Assembly (NCBI GenBank): GCA_000995185.1
Contig: LCET01000002.1
Coordinates: forward strand, 220 to 64,219
Direction of reading: 5' to 3'
Source: Candidatus Woesebacteria bacterium GW2011_GWC1_42_9
Lineage (GTDB): Bacteria; Patescibacteriota; Microgenomatia; UBA8517
DNA: 64,000 bases
Part shown: in pieces, positions 1 to 10,719 of the stretch
Layout: each line of letters begins with the position of its first letter
Numbering within the stretch: the first letter of the stretch is position 1
The notes under the pieces: generated by a model
Told to the model about the DNA's origin: nothing
Seen by the model: only the letters and a program-made list of their open reading frames with translations
Databases searched by the model: none
Made by a program: the position numbers and the translations under genes

Positions 1-816
1 ACTCTGGGCGGCGGCGAAGTAATGCCGGCCGATATGGCAGTTGCTTTTGGTGTTTTCGCTAATGGCGGAATTAAACAACCTCTTATCGGCATAACTAAAG
101 TTACCGATTGGAAAGGGAAGGTTTTGGAAGAGGTAAATTTGGCCGATTTAGAACTTTCCGGAGATAGAGTCCTTGATCAGGATGTTTCTTTTTTGATTTC
201 CCACACCCTTTTGGACAACAATGCCCGCTCGGCTGCCTTTGGAGGGGGGTCATTTCTAAATGTGCGGGGACATCCTGAGGTTTCTGTCAAAACGGGAACT
301 ACAAACGAAAGAAAAGACAATTGGACTATTGGTTATACCGAGCAGGCAGTGGTGGTTAGCTGGGTTGGCAATAACGACAATAAGGAGATGAGCGGAGCGG
401 TTTCTGGTGTTTCTGGAGCATCTCCTATTTGGAATACTATTATGAGTGAGGTTTTAGAAAGGGCTGAAGACGGTGCTTACAATAAAGATGAAGAAGGTCA
501 TGCTTGGCCAAAACAACCCAAGGAGGTCGTCGGAGCAAATGTTTGTGCGACAAACGGAAATTTACCGGCTGACCCTAATAACGCCGGGTGTCCCACTAGA
601 TTTGAATACTTCTTGACAGACAGAGTTGGCGCCGGAATTGAGGCGGGGCAAAAGGATGTTCAAATTGATAAAACAAACGGGGCTCTCGCCTACCCCGAAC
701 TTCCTCCGGAATTTATAGAAACTCAGAATAGACCATTCTTACTGGATCCATTAGGGACTTTAGTTTGTCTTGATTGTCCCATGCCGACCTCTCCCACCAC
801 CGTCAGATACCCGTAG
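1..816 (+). CDS. Class A penicillin-binding protein, C-terminal transpeptidase part (5' truncated by window edge)
   Basis: Frame open from base 1 (TLGGGEVM...); KTGT motif, W-x-GY, WVGNNDN; paralogous to the next gene. Confidence 0.9.
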   Translation, partial: TLGGGEVMPADMAVAFGVFANGGIKQPLIGITKVTDWKGKVLEEVNLADLELSGDRVLDQDVSFLISHTLLDNNARSAAFGGGSFLNVRGHPEVSVKTGTTNERKDNWTIGYTEQAVVVSWVGNNDNKEMSGAVSGVSGASPIWNTIMSEVLERAEDGAYNKDEEGHAWPKQPKEVVGANVCATNGNLPADPNNAGCPTRFEYFLTDRVGAGIEAGQKDVQIDKTNGALAYPELPPEFIETQNRPFLLDPLGTLVCLDCPMPTSPTTVRYP

Positions 817-849
817 CGAAAATTATCTTTCACTGTTACTATATAGGCT

Positions 850-3015
850 ATGAAATGGCCTATTAAAAAAGTAAATAGTTTGTTCGAATCTGTCGGCAAA
901 CCATTTTACTATCTTTTTTTTATTGCGGTCGCGATAATTTTCTTTACATCCATCCTGGTCCATAAATTTATAGGCTCACTTCGAGCGCCAATAATTCCTA
1001 GGTTTAAATATAAAAAAAGAAAATTAAAATTAAACCCGCAGCTTATCACCTCTCTCTTGCTACTGATGGTTATTGCCGGGACTTTCTTCTGGATAGTTGT
1101 AATCTATAGGCTACCTTCTCCCAAAGAACTCACTCAAAGAAAAATCGAGTTATCCACAAAAATATACGACCGCAATGGAGTGCTCCTCTATACAATTTAC
1201 AAAGACCACAATCGAACTTTGATCCCCTTTGAAAAAATCCCCCAAGACATTAAAAATGCAACTTTAGCAGCCGAAGATTCCGAGTTCTACTCCCATAGAG
1301 GATTCTCGATCCGCGGAATCATAAGGTCGTCGTTTAAAAACATCACCGAAGACAAACTATCCGGGGGCTCGACTATTACCCAACAGCTGGTCAAAAATGC
1401 CCTACTCTCCCCAGAAAAAACCGTCGCAAGAAAGCTTCGAGAACTTGTTCTCGCCATGCAGGTTGAGCGAATCTACGAGAAGGATGAAATTTTCGAAATG
1501 TATCTCAATGAAGTGGCTTTCGGTGGAACGGCGTATGGCATACAAGAAGCATCAAGATATTATTTTGGAAAAGACGCCATAAATCTTAATCTGTCAGAGT
1601 CAGCCCTTCTAATCGGGCTCATAAAAAGTCCGACTAAGTTTTCCCCATTTGGTCTTAATCCTGAATCGGCAATTTACAGAAAGAATGAAGTATTAGACCT
1701 CATGGCTGATCGCGGATATATCACCCGTGACCAAGCAAACCAAGCAAGGGCACAAAACATACAGTTTGCTCAGCAAAGGACCGAAATCCTTGCTCCACAC
1801 TTTGTGATGCATGTAAGGCAACTTCTTACAAATATGTATGGAGAGGAAATAGTTAGCCGGGGCGGTCTTCAAGTGGTGACCACCCTTGACTATGAAATTG
1901 AAAAAGAAGCTGAAAGAATAGTTGCCGAAGAAATTGCCAAGATAAGAAATTTAAATGTAGGAAACGGCTCAGCTTTAGTTATTGATCCAAAATCAGGGGA
2001 AATATTATCCATGGTCGGCTCAAAAGATTATTTCAATACTGCCGAAGACGGAAATGTCAACGTGACTACAAGATTAAGACAGCCTGGGTCCTCGATCAAA
2101 GTGATAAATTATGCTCTCTCCCTTATAAACGGCAAGTCCGCATCTACTATCATTGATGACGCTCCAACTACTTTCTCTGTTCCTGGTCAACCGCCATACA
2201 TTCCCAATAATTATGATGGAAAATATCGGGGTAAAATTAGTTTGAGAAGCGCCCTGGCCGAATCACGGAACATCCCCGCCGTTAAACTCCTCAAAGAAAA
2301 CGGGGTCGTCAATATGATCGAGCTTGGACGGAAAATGGGAGTCACTTCTTGGCAAGACCCATCCCAATATGGGTTATCACTCACTCTCGGAGGAGGAGAT
2401 CTCACGCTCCTTGAGCTAGCAAATGTTTACGCTACCCTTGCCAATTACGGCAAAAGGCCAACTCTCTCTTCAATTTTAAAAGTGACTGATCATAAAGGAA
2501 AAGTTTTATATACCAATACTCCTCAGCCGGAGGAAGTCCTGGACCCAAGAATTGCCTTTATAATCACCGATATTTTAAAAGACAACGCCGCGCGGACCCC
2601 GGCTTTTGGCGCCAATAGCGCACTGGTCATCCCCAATCACCGCGAGGTAGCAGTTAAAACCGGAACAAGTAATAATCGTCGTGATAATTTAACAGTCGGC
2701 TATTCCCAAGATTATTTAGTCGCCGTCTGGGTAGGCAACAATGATAACTCCCCTATGAGCTGGGTCGCTTCAGGAGTAACCGGCGCCTCCCCAATCTGGA
2801 ATAAAATAATGACTAACGTCCTTGCTGAGAAAACAAACCACTCTTGGGAAGTGCCCGAAGGAATGGTGCAGGCCCCAATTTGTCCCTACACAGGGACCCT
2901 TCCTTGCGACGGCTGTCCAACAAAAATGGAATGGTTTAGAGTAGAAAATCAACCAACTAAATACTGTCGGATGGAGTGGTTTAATGAGAACCCTCGTACT
3001 CAAATACCTCTTTAG
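850..3015 (+). CDS. Class A penicillin-binding protein (PBP1A family, transglycosylase + transpeptidase)
   Basis: N-terminal TMs; EDxxFYxHxG, GGSTITQQLVKN, RKxxE; SxxK (PGSSIK), SxN (SRN), KTGT. Confidence 0.95.
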   Translation: MKWPIKKVNSLFESVGKPFYYLFFIAVAIIFFTSILVHKFIGSLRAPIIPRFKYKKRKLKLNPQLITSLLLLMVIAGTFFWIVVIYRLPSPKELTQRKIELSTKIYDRNGVLLYTIYKDHNRTLIPFEKIPQDIKNATLAAEDSEFYSHRGFSIRGIIRSSFKNITEDKLSGGSTITQQLVKNALLSPEKTVARKLRELVLAMQVERIYEKDEIFEMYLNEVAFGGTAYGIQEASRYYFGKDAINLNLSESALLIGLIKSPTKFSPFGLNPESAIYRKNEVLDLMADRGYITRDQANQARAQNIQFAQQRTEILAPHFVMHVRQLLTNMYGEEIVSRGGLQVVTTLDYEIEKEAERIVAEEIAKIRNLNVGNGSALVIDPKSGEILSMVGSKDYFNTAEDGNVNVTTRLRQPGSSIKVINYALSLINGKSASTIIDDAPTTFSVPGQPPYIPNNYDGKYRGKISLRSALAESRNIPAVKLLKENGVVNMIELGRKMGVTSWQDPSQYGLSLTLGGGDLTLLELANVYATLANYGKRPTLSSILKVTDHKGKVLYTNTPQPEEVLDPRIAFIITDILKDNAARTPAFGANSALVIPNHREVAVKTGTSNNRRDNLTVGYSQDYLVAVWVGNNDNSPMSWVASGVTGASPIWNKIMTNVLAEKTNHSWEVPEGMVQAPICPYTGTLPCDGCPTKMEWFRVENQPTKYCRMEWFNENPRTQIPL

Positions 3016-4039
3016 CTAGCTCGGGGATTATTTTGTCCGCCTCGGTTTCAACCACGCCTTTACTCATAATTACCAATACAAACGGCTCATCGCTGAAAAC
3101 TATACCGGCATCATTAACCACATGCACTTCCCGCCCGTATTTATGAGCGACACTATATCCAGTAATCCCAGCTGGGATCCATTCTTCATAAGAAGTATTA
3201 GTAAGCGCATCGACAATTTCTTTAGCCCGGCGACTGCTGGTTATTTTGCCTTCAAAAAGGAGAGTGAAGAAATTGGCGATATCTTCCGGGGTTGTTTCAT
3301 TGTTTTCTAAAGAGGTGTGTGTCATCCCAAGGCTTACGATCACATCATTGATTTTTTCGTCACCAAGAGTCCTTCTGACCATCCGAAAGGCGGTGTTGTC
3401 AGATTGGTTGCCCATGTAATTCACTAGCTCCCGATAGCTATATTTACTCCCTGCCGGTGCCCCGACCAAGCTTCCTGACCCGCCCACTCTGTCTTCCTCA
3501 AGAATAGCCACTTCATCATTCAGATTAATATTTCCTTGATCAGCTTCCATGTATATCCCTGCTATGGCAGGTAACTTAATTAATGAAGCGGCTTGAAAAA
3601 TTTCATCTTTCATCAATCCATAGGATTCTCCAGAATCTAATCTCACTATATAAACTCCATATACCCCCGAAAGTCCCGACACCATCCCCTCAAGTCTTGA
3701 CTCGATCCCCGAAAATTCTTCAGTACTTACTGTCTCTCCTTCAAAAGTAAAAGTCTTTTTAAGACTCAACCCCGGAATAGTAACTCGCGGAACTCCGGGA
3801 AGTTTCCAACTCCTTGCTGAGAGAGCTAAAAGCCCAGACATCAAAGCAGTCCCGATAATGACAAACAAAATAAGATAGCGCTCACCTCTCCCCCATGGTT
3901 TTCTTTCATCTTTCTTCCTGCGCCGCTTTCTCCCGTTTTCAGGCTTGCCAGCATCCAATTTCCTTGTACGATAATTCTCGTCATGCCTGTCGTCTGAAGC
4001 TTCAGCGGAGGATGATTTGACCCTCTTAAAAAATCTCAT
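2981..4039 (-). CDS. Membrane-anchored class A beta-lactamase-like serine hydrolase
   Basis: ASLIK (SxxK), SDN, HKYG (KTG variant), NDAGIV; one TM. Confidence 0.85.
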   Translation of the reverse strand: MRFFKRVKSSSAEASDDRHDENYRTRKLDAGKPENGRKRRRKKDERKPWGRGERYLILFVIIGTALMSGLLALSARSWKLPGVPRVTIPGLSLKKTFTFEGETVSTEEFSGIESRLEGMVSGLSGVYGVYIVRLDSGESYGLMKDEIFQAASLIKLPAIAGIYMEADQGNINLNDEVAILEEDRVGGSGSLVGAPAGSKYSYRELVNYMGNQSDNTAFRMVRRTLGDEKINDVIVSLGMTHTSLENNETTPEDIANFFTLLFEGKITSSRRAKEIVDALTNTSYEEWIPAGITGYSVAHKYGREVHVVNDAGIVFSDEPFVLVIMSKGVVETEADKIIPELAKEVFEYEGSH

Positions 4040-4042
4040 ATA

Positions 4043-4759
4043 ATGATTATATCAATGGAACCAGACCAAATGCCCACTCCTCCTGAAGGAGTGACCCAAG
4101 TGCCCAATGAAATGCCGCCCATTCCCGGCGTCAATGCTCCAGAAAAAAAATCATTTTTCAGTTTTCTTAAAGTTCCAAAACTTAATTTCAAATTTATTTT
4201 GGTTTCGATTATCGCGGGATTACTTTTAGGAGCGGCAATTTACCTTCGCATCCAAAACAAGCGCCTCAAATCCCAACTGACAGCTATTCCCACTCCTACT
4301 CCATCAACCGAACCAACTGCCACTCCTTCGCCCACTGGCGAACCAACTGCAGATTGGAAGACATATAACAATCAACGGTTAAAGTTTTTATTTCAATATC
4401 CACAAGATTATGAATTTAATGTTATTCCCCGAGACGATGGCTCTGGTTTTACTTTAATGCTTGGACCAAACAATGATAGCCTGTTTAGAATTTCTGCCCG
4501 TGATAAATATTCCAAACCCGAAGCACTTTATTTTCTTGACACTCCATCCACAGGAAAAATAACTATCAACGATAAAATGTGGAATATATATTATCTACCA
4601 ACCGGATATGGTGATGGTGGAACAGTTGGATCGGGTCAACCAGTATATGGCCTCCAATTAGAAAACAATCAAATTCTATACACGATTACTATGTACAACC
4701 AAAAAGAAATTAATTCTCAACAAAACCAAATCCTCTCCACTTTTGAGTTTACTAACTAG
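4043..4759 (+). CDS. Single-TM protein with Pro/Thr linker and PsbP-like C-terminal domain
   Basis: TM, PTPT linker, WKTY...F.F.YP..., QILSTFEF; start probably a few codons downstream (MEPDQ). Confidence 0.65.
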   Translation: MIISMEPDQMPTPPEGVTQVPNEMPPIPGVNAPEKKSFFSFLKVPKLNFKFILVSIIAGLLLGAAIYLRIQNKRLKSQLTAIPTPTPSTEPTATPSPTGEPTADWKTYNNQRLKFLFQYPQDYEFNVIPRDDGSGFTLMLGPNNDSLFRISARDKYSKPEALYFLDTPSTGKITINDKMWNIYYLPTGYGDGGTVGSGQPVYGLQLENNQILYTITMYNQKEINSQQNQILSTFEFTN

Positions 4760-5742
4760 GTTCTTCGATTCGGCCAAACCTCTTCGTTAGCCATGTTTTC
4801 GGGCCTTTTGCCGGATAGACAATCTAAGATTGCAGATACTGCTTGCTCACCCATTTTATTTCTGGCTTCCCTTGTGGCACTGGCAATATGGGGTGTAAGA
4901 ATCACATTTTCCATGGCAATTAATTCCGGATTAATATTTGGCTCATTATCAAAAACATCCAAGGCCGCTCCGCCTATAACTCCCTCTCGCAAAGCATCCA
5001 CCAAGTCCCCTTCGTCTACTATAGATCCTCTGGCAGTATTGATGAGAAAGCTCCCTTTTTTAAACTTTGATAGTCTTGATTTATTAATCATGTGGCGGGT
5101 TTCCTCAGTTAATGGAATATGGAGTGATACCACGTCGGAACTTGATAATAATTCATTAAGCTTTACAAATTTAATCCCCAATTCTTTTTCTGCCTTTCGG
5201 TCCGGCTTGGTCTTATTGTATAAAACGTTCATCCCGCATCCTCTGGCATGTTTGGCAGTGATCGAGCCAATCCTTCCTAGTCCCACGATCCCAAAAGTTT
5301 TCCCACATAAATTAGACCCTAAAAATATCCCCGGCTCCCAGCCTTTGTAGGAGCCCCTCCTGGTGGATTCATCTGCTTCCACTATCCTTCTAGTTAAGGC
5401 AAAAGTGAGAGCAATGGCGTGCTCAGCGACCGCTTCGTTGACTTCATCGCTTGGAGTATTAGTTACCGCCACGCCTTTATCTGTTGCCTCTTTGATATTT
5501 ATATTGTCAAAGCCCACGGCATAATTAGAGATAATTTTTAGCTGTGGACCGATAGCATCGATCACTTCGCCGTCAATTTTGTCAGTGAGGAGGATAAGCA
5601 AGGCGTCAGCACCTTTGGCACGCTCCAAAAATTCTTCGATAGCAAGCGGTCTATCAAACTCAGAAACGATCACTTCGTGCTTTGACTTAGTCAGTCTATC
5701 TAATGCCTCTCCTGGTATTTTTCTTGAAACAAAAATCTTCAT
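4756..5742 (-). CDS. D-2-hydroxyacid (glycerate/glyoxylate) dehydrogenase
   Basis: AVGFDNI, GLGRIG, INTARG, LDVFDNEP, TPHIAS. Confidence 0.93.
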   Translation of the reverse strand: MKIFVSRKIPGEALDRLTKSKHEVIVSEFDRPLAIEEFLERAKGADALLILLTDKIDGEVIDAIGPQLKIISNYAVGFDNINIKEATDKGVAVTNTPSDEVNEAVAEHAIALTFALTRRIVEADESTRRGSYKGWEPGIFLGSNLCGKTFGIVGLGRIGSITAKHARGCGMNVLYNKTKPDRKAEKELGIKFVKLNELLSSSDVVSLHIPLTEETRHMINKSRLSKFKKGSFLINTARGSIVDEGDLVDALREGVIGGAALDVFDNEPNINPELIAMENVILTPHIASATREARNKMGEQAVSAILDCLSGKRPENMANEEVWPNRRT

Positions 5743-6725
5743 ATTTCTTCTAATTTGATATTAGCCACCTCCACTTTCTTAATCCATTCTGGAAGCTGTC
5801 CGCTTGTTAATTGTCCCTCTTGTGGGCCGAAATACTGGATGACGCTTGAAGAGTTGCACATCCCCCACACCATCCCCTCCCCAAGCGATTTCCCATTAAT
5901 GAGTGCCGAGATACACCCAACACTGAAAGCATCCCCTGCGCCGGTCCGCTCTTTTGACTTAATTGGAAGTATCCCAAGATATAAATATTTTTGCCCATCC
6001 CAAGCATATGCCCCATTAGGGCCATCGGTAATTACTGCCTTTTTGGGGCCAAGAGCAATCAATGCTTTTAATAAATCTTTTTCCTTTTTATGGCTCTCTC
6101 CAAAATTAGTTACTTCTTCCGCCTCATTCCTATTCACTAACAATAATTCAGTTAATTCTAAATATGGCTTAAGCCACAGGACACCTTTTTTGATCTGACG
6201 CCCCCCGGGGTTAAACCCTAGTCTGGCATCGCTTTTCCTAAGCCACTCCAAAACGCCATTATAATAATTGTCAAATTTCTCGCTGGTCGAAGTTAAGTAT
6301 GCCCACTCGCTGGTCTCCAAATTCAGCGGGAAAACAGGCTCCTCGGGATCGTAATAGGAAAGGATCGTCCTTTCCCCTTGATACATCACCACTGCTCCAA
6401 AGCCCTCGCTCACTCCTTCTGTTTGAGTCACATAAGTAGCGTCCGTAGCTTTATTAAGGATTTCTTTAACGGCGTTTGCCATATGCCCTGTCCCAATTTC
6501 GGCGACCAACCTCGTTTCAACTCCCATCTTTTTGGCACCAACCGACACATTGGCTCCATTCCCGCCAATGATAAATTTCGTATCCCGAAGCGGGATTTTT
6601 GAGGAATATGTCAAGGCAATTAAACTCTCGTGAGTATCCAAACGGCATAGTGTATCGACCTCGCTATCAGGTAGAACGAGATAGGCATCCATCCTTGCTG
6701 ATCCAAAAACAGTTAATTTGCTCAT
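5739..6725 (-). CDS. PfkB family carbohydrate kinase
   Basis: GGNGANV, NxxEA, ITDGPNG, RTGAGDAF. Confidence 0.92.
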   Translation of the reverse strand: MSKLTVFGSARMDAYLVLPDSEVDTLCRLDTHESLIALTYSSKIPLRDTKFIIGGNGANVSVGAKKMGVETRLVAEIGTGHMANAVKEILNKATDATYVTQTEGVSEGFGAVVMYQGERTILSYYDPEEPVFPLNLETSEWAYLTSTSEKFDNYYNGVLEWLRKSDARLGFNPGGRQIKKGVLWLKPYLELTELLLVNRNEAEEVTNFGESHKKEKDLLKALIALGPKKAVITDGPNGAYAWDGQKYLYLGILPIKSKERTGAGDAFSVGCISALINGKSLGEGMVWGMCNSSSVIQYFGPQEGQLTSGQLPEWIKKVEVANIKLEEI

Positions 6726-7693
6726 CGCTTAAATCTTGCTTCTGAATTCAGTCTACATCTTTTCAAGAACTCTTCTTGAGCAAATTTTAGGTTTTTTGGG
6801 TCGCCCTTCCAAATCTTCATAGCGGTAGACTGGAGTGCTCTCCCGAAAGAAAATGATAGCTCCCAAGGCGGAGTGCCTCCAAGAGCGTTTATCGCAGAGA
6901 GATGTTTGGTTGCCTCATCGGCACTTTGTCCCCCGGACAAAAAAACCAAACCTGACACTTCTTTCGGGACTGTCGCACTCATAACTCGTGCCGTTTCTTT
7001 AGCAATTTTTTGGGGAGAAGCTTTCTCGGCCGAATCCTCTCCAGGTAAAACCATATTAGGTTTTAAAAGCATCCCCTTCAAATTAACTTTATAGTTACCT
7101 AGTTCCTCAAAGACTACTTTTAAGACCCTTTCTGTGACCTTGGCACAGGTCGAAATATCGTGACTCCCATCCATCAAGACCTCTGGCTCAACGATCGGGA
7201 CCATCCCTGCTTCTTGGGAGAGAATAGCAAACCTTCCAAGCAAATTAGCGTTTTCATAAATTGCCTCATGGCTCGGAAGCCCTTCAGCGATTGTATAAAC
7301 TGCTCTCCATTTGGTAAATTGAGCCCCTAATTTTTTATATTTTGGCAAGCGCTCTTTTAAGTCGTTTAGCCCTTCAGTGATTACTTCGTTTTTTGAAGTC
7401 GGCATGGATTTTTTGCCTGCATCTACCTTAATTCCAACGATAATATTTTTGTTTAATAACAAATCAACAAGCGATTTATCCTGAAGGGTCTCCTCAAACA
7501 AAATCACCCCGCTAATATATTTTTCTATCTCTCTTGTGGAAAAAAGGAGCTCGCGCCAGCTATGACGGGTAACCGGGGTTGATTTAATTCCAATCTTATC
7601 AAAGCGCTTTTTGATAGTCGGCAGGCTCTCGTCCGCAGCCAAGATTCCCTTACTAGGGGCGACTAATTGATGGGCAATTTCGATTAAATCCAT
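6722..7693 (-). CDS. Class I fructose-bisphosphate aldolase
   Basis: KGILAADES, KWRAV, PIVEPEV, LLKPNMV, FLSGGQS, SFSFGRALQ. Confidence 0.95.
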   Translation of the reverse strand: MDLIEIAHQLVAPSKGILAADESLPTIKKRFDKIGIKSTPVTRHSWRELLFSTREIEKYISGVILFEETLQDKSLVDLLLNKNIIVGIKVDAGKKSMPTSKNEVITEGLNDLKERLPKYKKLGAQFTKWRAVYTIAEGLPSHEAIYENANLLGRFAILSQEAGMVPIVEPEVLMDGSHDISTCAKVTERVLKVVFEELGNYKVNLKGMLLKPNMVLPGEDSAEKASPQKIAKETARVMSATVPKEVSGLVFLSGGQSADEATKHLSAINALGGTPPWELSFSFGRALQSTAMKIWKGDPKNLKFAQEEFLKRCRLNSEARFKR

Positions 7694-8688
7694 TAGTTAT
7701 TTTTTCTTCTGATCACTCTTTTGGAAGCAGAAATTATATCTTCCGAGGTTAGGCCAAATTTTTTAATCAACTCTCTAGGATTCCCAGATTCTCCATATTG
7801 GTCATTAACCCCAACAAACTCCATTGGTACCGGGAAATTTTTGGCAAGCACTTCGGCGATTGCACTTCCGAGCCCGCCAGTCATTTGATGGTCCTCAACC
7901 GTGACGATAGCTCCTGCTATCTTGGCCGCTTTAATAATTGCTTGTTCGTCCATGGGCTTAATAGTGTGGCAATTAATTACCAAAGAATTTATTTTACTTT
8001 TTGATAGTTTCCTCGCCGCATTAAGCGCCTCATACAGAAGGGGTCCTGTTGCAATTATCGCCACCTTCGGGTCCCTACTTTCCCAGTAAATCTCTGCCTT
8101 CCCGATTTCAAAAGGCGTCTTTTCGGTAGTAAACACTGGGGAATCGGTGCGGCTTAAGCGAAGATAGGTTGGCTTGCCATTGTCCATTGCGGCAAGGACC
8201 GCCTTTTTGGATTCAACCGCATCCGAGAGTGAAAGCACAACCATCCTCGGCAAAACGCGCATGAGAGCAATATCTTCAAGGGCTTGGTGGGTCGCTCCAT
8301 CTGGCCCAACAGTAATCCCGGCATGCCCTCCGACAATTTTTACCGGAACATTATTAAAGGCAATTGTGGTCCTAATTTGTTCCCAATTTCTCCCCGGGGA
8401 AAAAATAGCGTAGCTTGCAGCAAAGGGAATTTTCCCATAAGCCGCCATGCCGCTAGCTATGGTTACCAGAGCCTGCTCTGCGACACCCACTTCAATGTAG
8501 CGCTCTGGGAACTCTTTTTTAAACAAGGACACTCGTACCGAATCCGATAAATCCGCGCTTAACCCGACCACTTTTTCATTATTTCTTCCGGCTTCTACCA
8601 ACCCTTCTCCAAATCCATCCCTCGTTGCCTTCATCTCGATGTCTCTCTTAAAAATCTTCGGCGATAAATTTAATTTTTTGTTAATCAT
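7693..8688 (-). CDS. Transketolase C-terminal subunit
   Basis: GVAEQ, GPDGATHQALED, TIKP, VEDH. Confidence 0.95.
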   Translation of the reverse strand: MINKKLNLSPKIFKRDIEMKATRDGFGEGLVEAGRNNEKVVGLSADLSDSVRVSLFKKEFPERYIEVGVAEQALVTIASGMAAYGKIPFAASYAIFSPGRNWEQIRTTIAFNNVPVKIVGGHAGITVGPDGATHQALEDIALMRVLPRMVVLSLSDAVESKKAVLAAMDNGKPTYLRLSRTDSPVFTTEKTPFEIGKAEIYWESRDPKVAIIATGPLLYEALNAARKLSKSKINSLVINCHTIKPMDEQAIIKAAKIAGAIVTVEDHQMTGGLGSAIAEVLAKNFPVPMEFVGVNDQYGESGNPRELIKKFGLTSEDIISASKRVIRRKNN

Positions 8689-9512
8689 TTCTTATATTTC
8701 AGCTCTTTTAAGGCTTGCTTTGCCTCGGATTCGCTTGGCGCCTTCCCATGCCATTCATATTTCCCCTCCATAGAACTTACCCCACGCCCTGGAACGGTCT
8801 TTGCGATGATTACTGTTGGCTTGTCAGATTCTCTTCTGGCGCTCCCGACCGCAGAAATTATCTGGTCAAAATCATGGCCATTTATCTCAATCACATTCCA
8901 CCTAAAGCTTTCATATTTATCCCGCAAGGGCTCAAGGGGCATAATCTCCTCCGTGTCTCCACTTATTTGAATATTGTTCCTGTCAATAAAACTGGTTAAA
9001 TTATTGAGTTTATTTTTACCGGCAAACATTACCGCCTCCCAATGATTCCCTTCCTGATGCTCCGCGTCGCTTGTCAAGCAAAAAATTCGAAACCGTGCCT
9101 CATCCATCCGTGCCGCATAGGCATACCCTGCCGCCTGGGCAAGACCCAAGCCCAAAGGACCAGAACTAGACTCAATCATCGACAATTTCATGCGCTCTGG
9201 ATGCCCCTGAAGCGGGGAATCAAGCCTCCTTAAAGTCTTTAAATAGCTCATAGGGAAATATCCGGCCAGAGCCAAAGTGGCGTAATAAGCTGGAGCGACA
9301 TGTCCGCAAGACAAAAAAAATCTATCACGATCCTCCCAATGCGGATTTTCTGGATCATGATTCAAAATATTAAAAAAAAGGGCCGCAAAAATATCTGCTA
9401 ACCCTAGTGGCCCAGCAGAGTGTCCAGACCCGGCCAAGACAAGCATTTTGATAATTTCTTGCCTGATCTCAGCCGCTTTTTCTTTAAGTTCTTCGGCAGG
9501 TAACGGTTTCAT
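8685..9512 (-). CDS. Transketolase N-terminal subunit
   Basis: GSGH, RDRFFLSCGH, LQGHP, TPP-binding D...EG...N, WHGKAP. Confidence 0.95.
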   Translation of the reverse strand: MKPLPAEELKEKAAEIRQEIIKMLVLAGSGHSAGPLGLADIFAALFFNILNHDPENPHWEDRDRFFLSCGHVAPAYYATLALAGYFPMSYLKTLRRLDSPLQGHPERMKLSMIESSSGPLGLGLAQAAGYAYAARMDEARFRIFCLTSDAEHQEGNHWEAVMFAGKNKLNNLTSFIDRNNIQISGDTEEIMPLEPLRDKYESFRWNVIEINGHDFDQIISAVGSARRESDKPTVIIAKTVPGRGVSSMEGKYEWHGKAPSESEAKQALKELKYKK

Positions 9513-10114
9513 CTCTTTCCCCAGCTTAATTCTCTTTGGAGTTTTTCAACAGCAGGGAGCACTTCTTCGCGCTTATCAACGATCTCAAAAACACTTAGCT
9601 CCTGTTTATCGATATTAAGATTATCACTTAGAGCCTTAACGATTTCTCTCCAAAATTTCCCATACAAAATAAAAGGCTTATGATGGCCGTAATAAAGCTT
9701 TGCTAAAACCCAAGCTGTTCCAAATTCACTAACCGTCCCAGTCCCTCCTTTAAACATGATAAAAATATCCCCATGCTGAATAAGTTTAAACATCCGCTCA
9801 ATATAATTGGTCGTCTTTATCTCTTTATCGGTAATATTGGCTAAATATTTCCCTTCAAACCCCGGAGCATCATTTGTCTCAAAGGTCACCGAAAGCGTCT
9901 CTCCCTTTCCTGCCTCGGCTCCTTGAGTAGAAGCATTCATCACCCCAGGGCCACCGCCATTGACAATAACATAACCGGCTTCCGCCAAGGTCTTTGCTAT
10001 CTCAAAAGCATCTTTATATGTCGGGTCACTTTCGCCAATATTTGCATCACCAAAAAAAGCAACGTTCTTTATCATCCTTCTTTGAAAAGCCGTATCTATT
10101 CTTACTTGTCTCAT
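9509..10114 (-). CDS. LOG family (Rossmann-fold nucleotide-binding) protein
   Basis: GGGPGVM, GGTGTVSE; true start may be MIKNVAFFG. Confidence 0.85.
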   Translation of the reverse strand: MRQVRIDTAFQRRMIKNVAFFGDANIGESDPTYKDAFEIAKTLAEAGYVIVNGGGPGVMNASTQGAEAGKGETLSVTFETNDAPGFEGKYLANITDKEIKTTNYIERMFKLIQHGDIFIMFKGGTGTVSEFGTAWVLAKLYYGHHKPFILYGKFWREIVKALSDNLNIDKQELSVFEIVDKREEVLPAVEKLQRELSWGKR

Positions 10115-10719
10115 AATGCCTTTTTTAGTTTGTTTATACCGATAATTACCTCATCGGCGCCAACCCCTTCCACCTCGTCAATATACTCTATTGTCACTCC
10201 GCCGTCATCACAAATTTTATAGTTAAAGCCCCCTTTCTCTCGGAGCCTAACGAGTTCACTAATTTTCTCAAGAGCGCTCTTATCAAATTCTTGGCCTCCG
10301 AATCCAGCCTCCACGCTCATAACTAATATTACATTAAGGTCCTCTAGGACACTCTCATCAATCATCTCCACGTCAGTAGACAAATCGACCGCCACCCCAA
10401 CTTTTGCTCCCGTGCTTTGTACTTTCTTAACATAATCTGCTTGATTACTCATCTTTTCGATATGGCCGATTATCCTATCTCCCTGTGCACGAACACATTT
10501 TTCAACCCACTTAATCGGCTCAACCACCATCAAATGGTAATCAAATTTAAGATTTGTTTCGTAGTCGTTCAAACTGCTTGGGTCGATAGTCCGATTATTT
10601 GCAAATTTTCCGTCAACAATATCAATCTGGACTCGTTCCACCTTCCCCTCAGCGATTGAAACCAAATCAAATAGATCCATTACGCTATCAGTCAGAATGG
10701 CCGGAATTATTTCAACCAT
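10111..10719 (-). CDS. rpe: Ribulose-phosphate 3-epimerase
   Basis: IDIVDGKF, HLMV, MSVEAGFGGQ, DGGV. Confidence 0.92.
   Translation of the reverse strand: MVEIIPAILTDSVMDLFDLVSIAEGKVERVQIDIVDGKFANNRTIDPSSLNDYETNLKFDYHLMVVEPIKWVEKCVRAQGDRIIGHIEKMSNQADYVKKVQSTGAKVGVAVDLSTDVEMIDESVLEDLNVILVMSVEAGFGGQEFDKSALEKISELVRLREKGGFNYKICDDGGVTIEYIDEVEGVGADEVIIGINKLKKAL

Noticed and set aside
4290-4352. Duplicated CCACTCCT...CGAACCAACTGC segment
   Set aside because: Encodes an ordinary Pro/Thr linker
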